Part shown: one piece after another, positions 62,501-64,000 of the stretch
Layout of the letters: each line of letters starts with the position of its first letter
Position numbering within the stretch: position 1 is the first letter of the stretch
Source of the DNA: Leptogorgia sarmentosa
Taxonomy: Eukaryota
Length of the DNA: 64,000 bases
Direction of reading: 5' to 3'
NCBI GenBank assembly: GCA_964658305.1
Contig: OZ210885.1
Coordinates: forward strand, 23,002,001 to 23,066,000
Made by a program: the position numbers and the translations under genes
The notes under the pieces: model-generated
Told to the model about the DNA's origin: nothing
The model's database searches: none
Seen by the model: only the letters and a program-made list of their open reading frames with translations

Positions 62501-63755
62501 ATTTGACGTTTTCCGGGTGGAAGCTGAGAATGAATATCCAAATCGTCATCCAAATCTTAAGACCGAAACGGAAGTCAACCTACGTAATGCTACACATGCA
62601 GATGATACGCTTAAGATGCTATATTTGACAATTCAAAAGGGCTGGCCTAATAATAGGGATGATATAAACGAATGTTTGCGACCATATTGGAATTACAGGG
62701 ATGAACTATCGATAAATGATGGTCTCATTTATAAAGGACATCAGACTGTGATACCACCTTCCATGCAATGCGGTATCCTTTAGGAGATACATAAAAACCA
62801 CTTCGGTGCTGCATCAAATGTCAGAATGGCGAAACAAGTGCTATTCTGGCCTGGTATGTCTAAAAGTATCAGCGATATGTGCAATTTGTGCGAGCAATGT
62901 GCTAAATATCAACACGCTGCTCCTAAAGAACCTATGAAATCATTACCAATACCCAGCCTTCCATGGCAGATAGTTAGTCAAGATATTTTTGAATTAGACC
63001 GAAAGTCCAAACCCCCACCACAACGCAAGGGACGACCCTGGATATATGGAAAGATTATTGATTAAAATAACAGCTCATACATCATACAGACACCACAGAG
63101 AACCATCAGGCGAAATCGAGTGCACATAAGACCGGCAGCTGCCCCCTCTTCACCATTTGTTTCACCAATACTTCGAATAGTCCAAACACCAGTTCCCGAC
63201 CTAAACCCTACAAGCTCACGAACATCGTATGAACGAGTTGATACTCCCACCGATGTTCCCACTGATGTTCCCACTGATGGTCGCATGGATACTCAAATTG
63301 ATGCTCCCCGATCTGTGGAGATGCAAGATGACTTGCCCGAACCAAATACGATAAGTACAGTTGGGTCAAGGCCCAAAAGAAATAAAAGACTACCATCTAG
63401 GTTTAAAGATTACGTTTTGACATAAGCAGTAGAGATAGTAGTATCAAGAGTAGTGTAATAGTATTGGGACGAGACGGTGATTGGACAGCATGGACTGCAT
63501 TGTAGGATAGTGAATTATTTAAGTTCTGCATTTTTTTTCATTTTATGTTAGTAGGTTTTTTTGTTTGGTTTTTTCAAATTTTTTTTGGGGGGGGGAAATG
63601 TTACATCACGTATATAGTATATAGTATTGCGGGCGCGGTAGGTCAACATGGCGACGTTATCCTAGCTATATTATAAATATATCCATTTATTAACTCATAA
63701 CTAGACTCAGATATGCATGATTGAACCGCTCAAGTTATTGTGCAACAACTACACA
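59508..63755 (+). mobile_element. Ty3/Gypsy LTR retrotransposon, degenerate, inserted in the Helitron helicase
   Basis: Shared LTR sequence at ~59510-59602 and 63599-~63755; PBS; PPT (G-run 63587-63598). Gag, PR FQMDTAA, RT IADDILV, RNase H QVDAS/EKE/TDHKPL and integrase HHCC occur in PR-RT-RH-IN order. The integrase core is deleted near 63003. Confidence 0.93.
59603..59620 (+). promoter_or_regulatory. Primer-binding site complementary to tRNA-Leu 3' end
   Basis: TGGTGTCAGGAGTGGGAT directly after the 5' LTR sequence. Confidence 0.88.
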
Positions 63756-63769
63756 AAGGGATAGAAAGT

Positions 63770-64000
63770 ATGTCGGATATCACCAAGGAAAATGTCGATG
63801 AACCTGGAGCATCAAAACCCAGTGATAAACGCAGAAGAATTCCTACTCGAAAAGGTTTTCAGAACACTTTGGTGGCTAAGACATCGGCCTTTAATAAAGA
63901 AACTAAATCTCTACAGAAGGCGATCCGTTTGGTCCATCTAGCATTGAGCGAACCTGAAGTGTCAAAATTAAAGAGTGCTATGGCTCAACAGGAAAGAAAC
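63770..64000 (+). CDS. ORF running off the window, possibly the N-terminus of another BEL/Pao Gag
   Basis: MSDITKENVDEPGASKPSDKRRRIPTRKGFQ... is open to the end of the window. An RxRxPTxKG motif followed by a helical segment is common at BEL Gag N-termini. Confidence 0.3.
   Translation, partial: MSDITKENVDEPGASKPSDKRRRIPTRKGFQNTLVAKTSAFNKETKSLQKAIRLVHLALSEPEVSKLKSAMAQQERN

Overview
This is AT-rich eukaryotic genomic DNA with spliceosomal GT-AG introns. The element families suggest an animal, probably a cnidarian or anthozoan (inference). No ordinary host protein gene is recognisable; the window is a dense nest of mobile elements. Left to right: (1) a degenerate RPA-like OB-fold gene and a Zator-like transposase remnant; (2) a decayed, spliced P-element-like DDE transposase whose insertion region carries an NHL beta-propeller plus a SAP motif (the most unusual object here), interrupted by a Harbinger-type MITE; (3) a Ulp1-protease-PHD gene flanked by inverted, related minisatellites and split by a truncated BEL/Pao retrotransposon; (4) an AcademH-like RecQ helicase pseudogene; (5) three Mutator-like (MULE) transposases sharing a C-terminal PARP-like zinc finger, one in a complete element with TIRs and a 9-bp TSD; (6) Transib/CMC-like, Kolobok and Helitron fragments, one Helitron-like fragment carrying a USP-like protease; (7) two foldback MITEs; (8) a decaying tRNA-Thr array; (9) a full-length BEL/Pao element with a 5-bp TSD; (10) a complete two-gene Harbinger with a TAA TSD; (11) a 5'-truncated CR1/L2-type LINE; (12) a Helitron Rep-Hel remnant interrupted by a Ty3/Gypsy element. 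All family assignments come from motif recognition by eye, not database searches.
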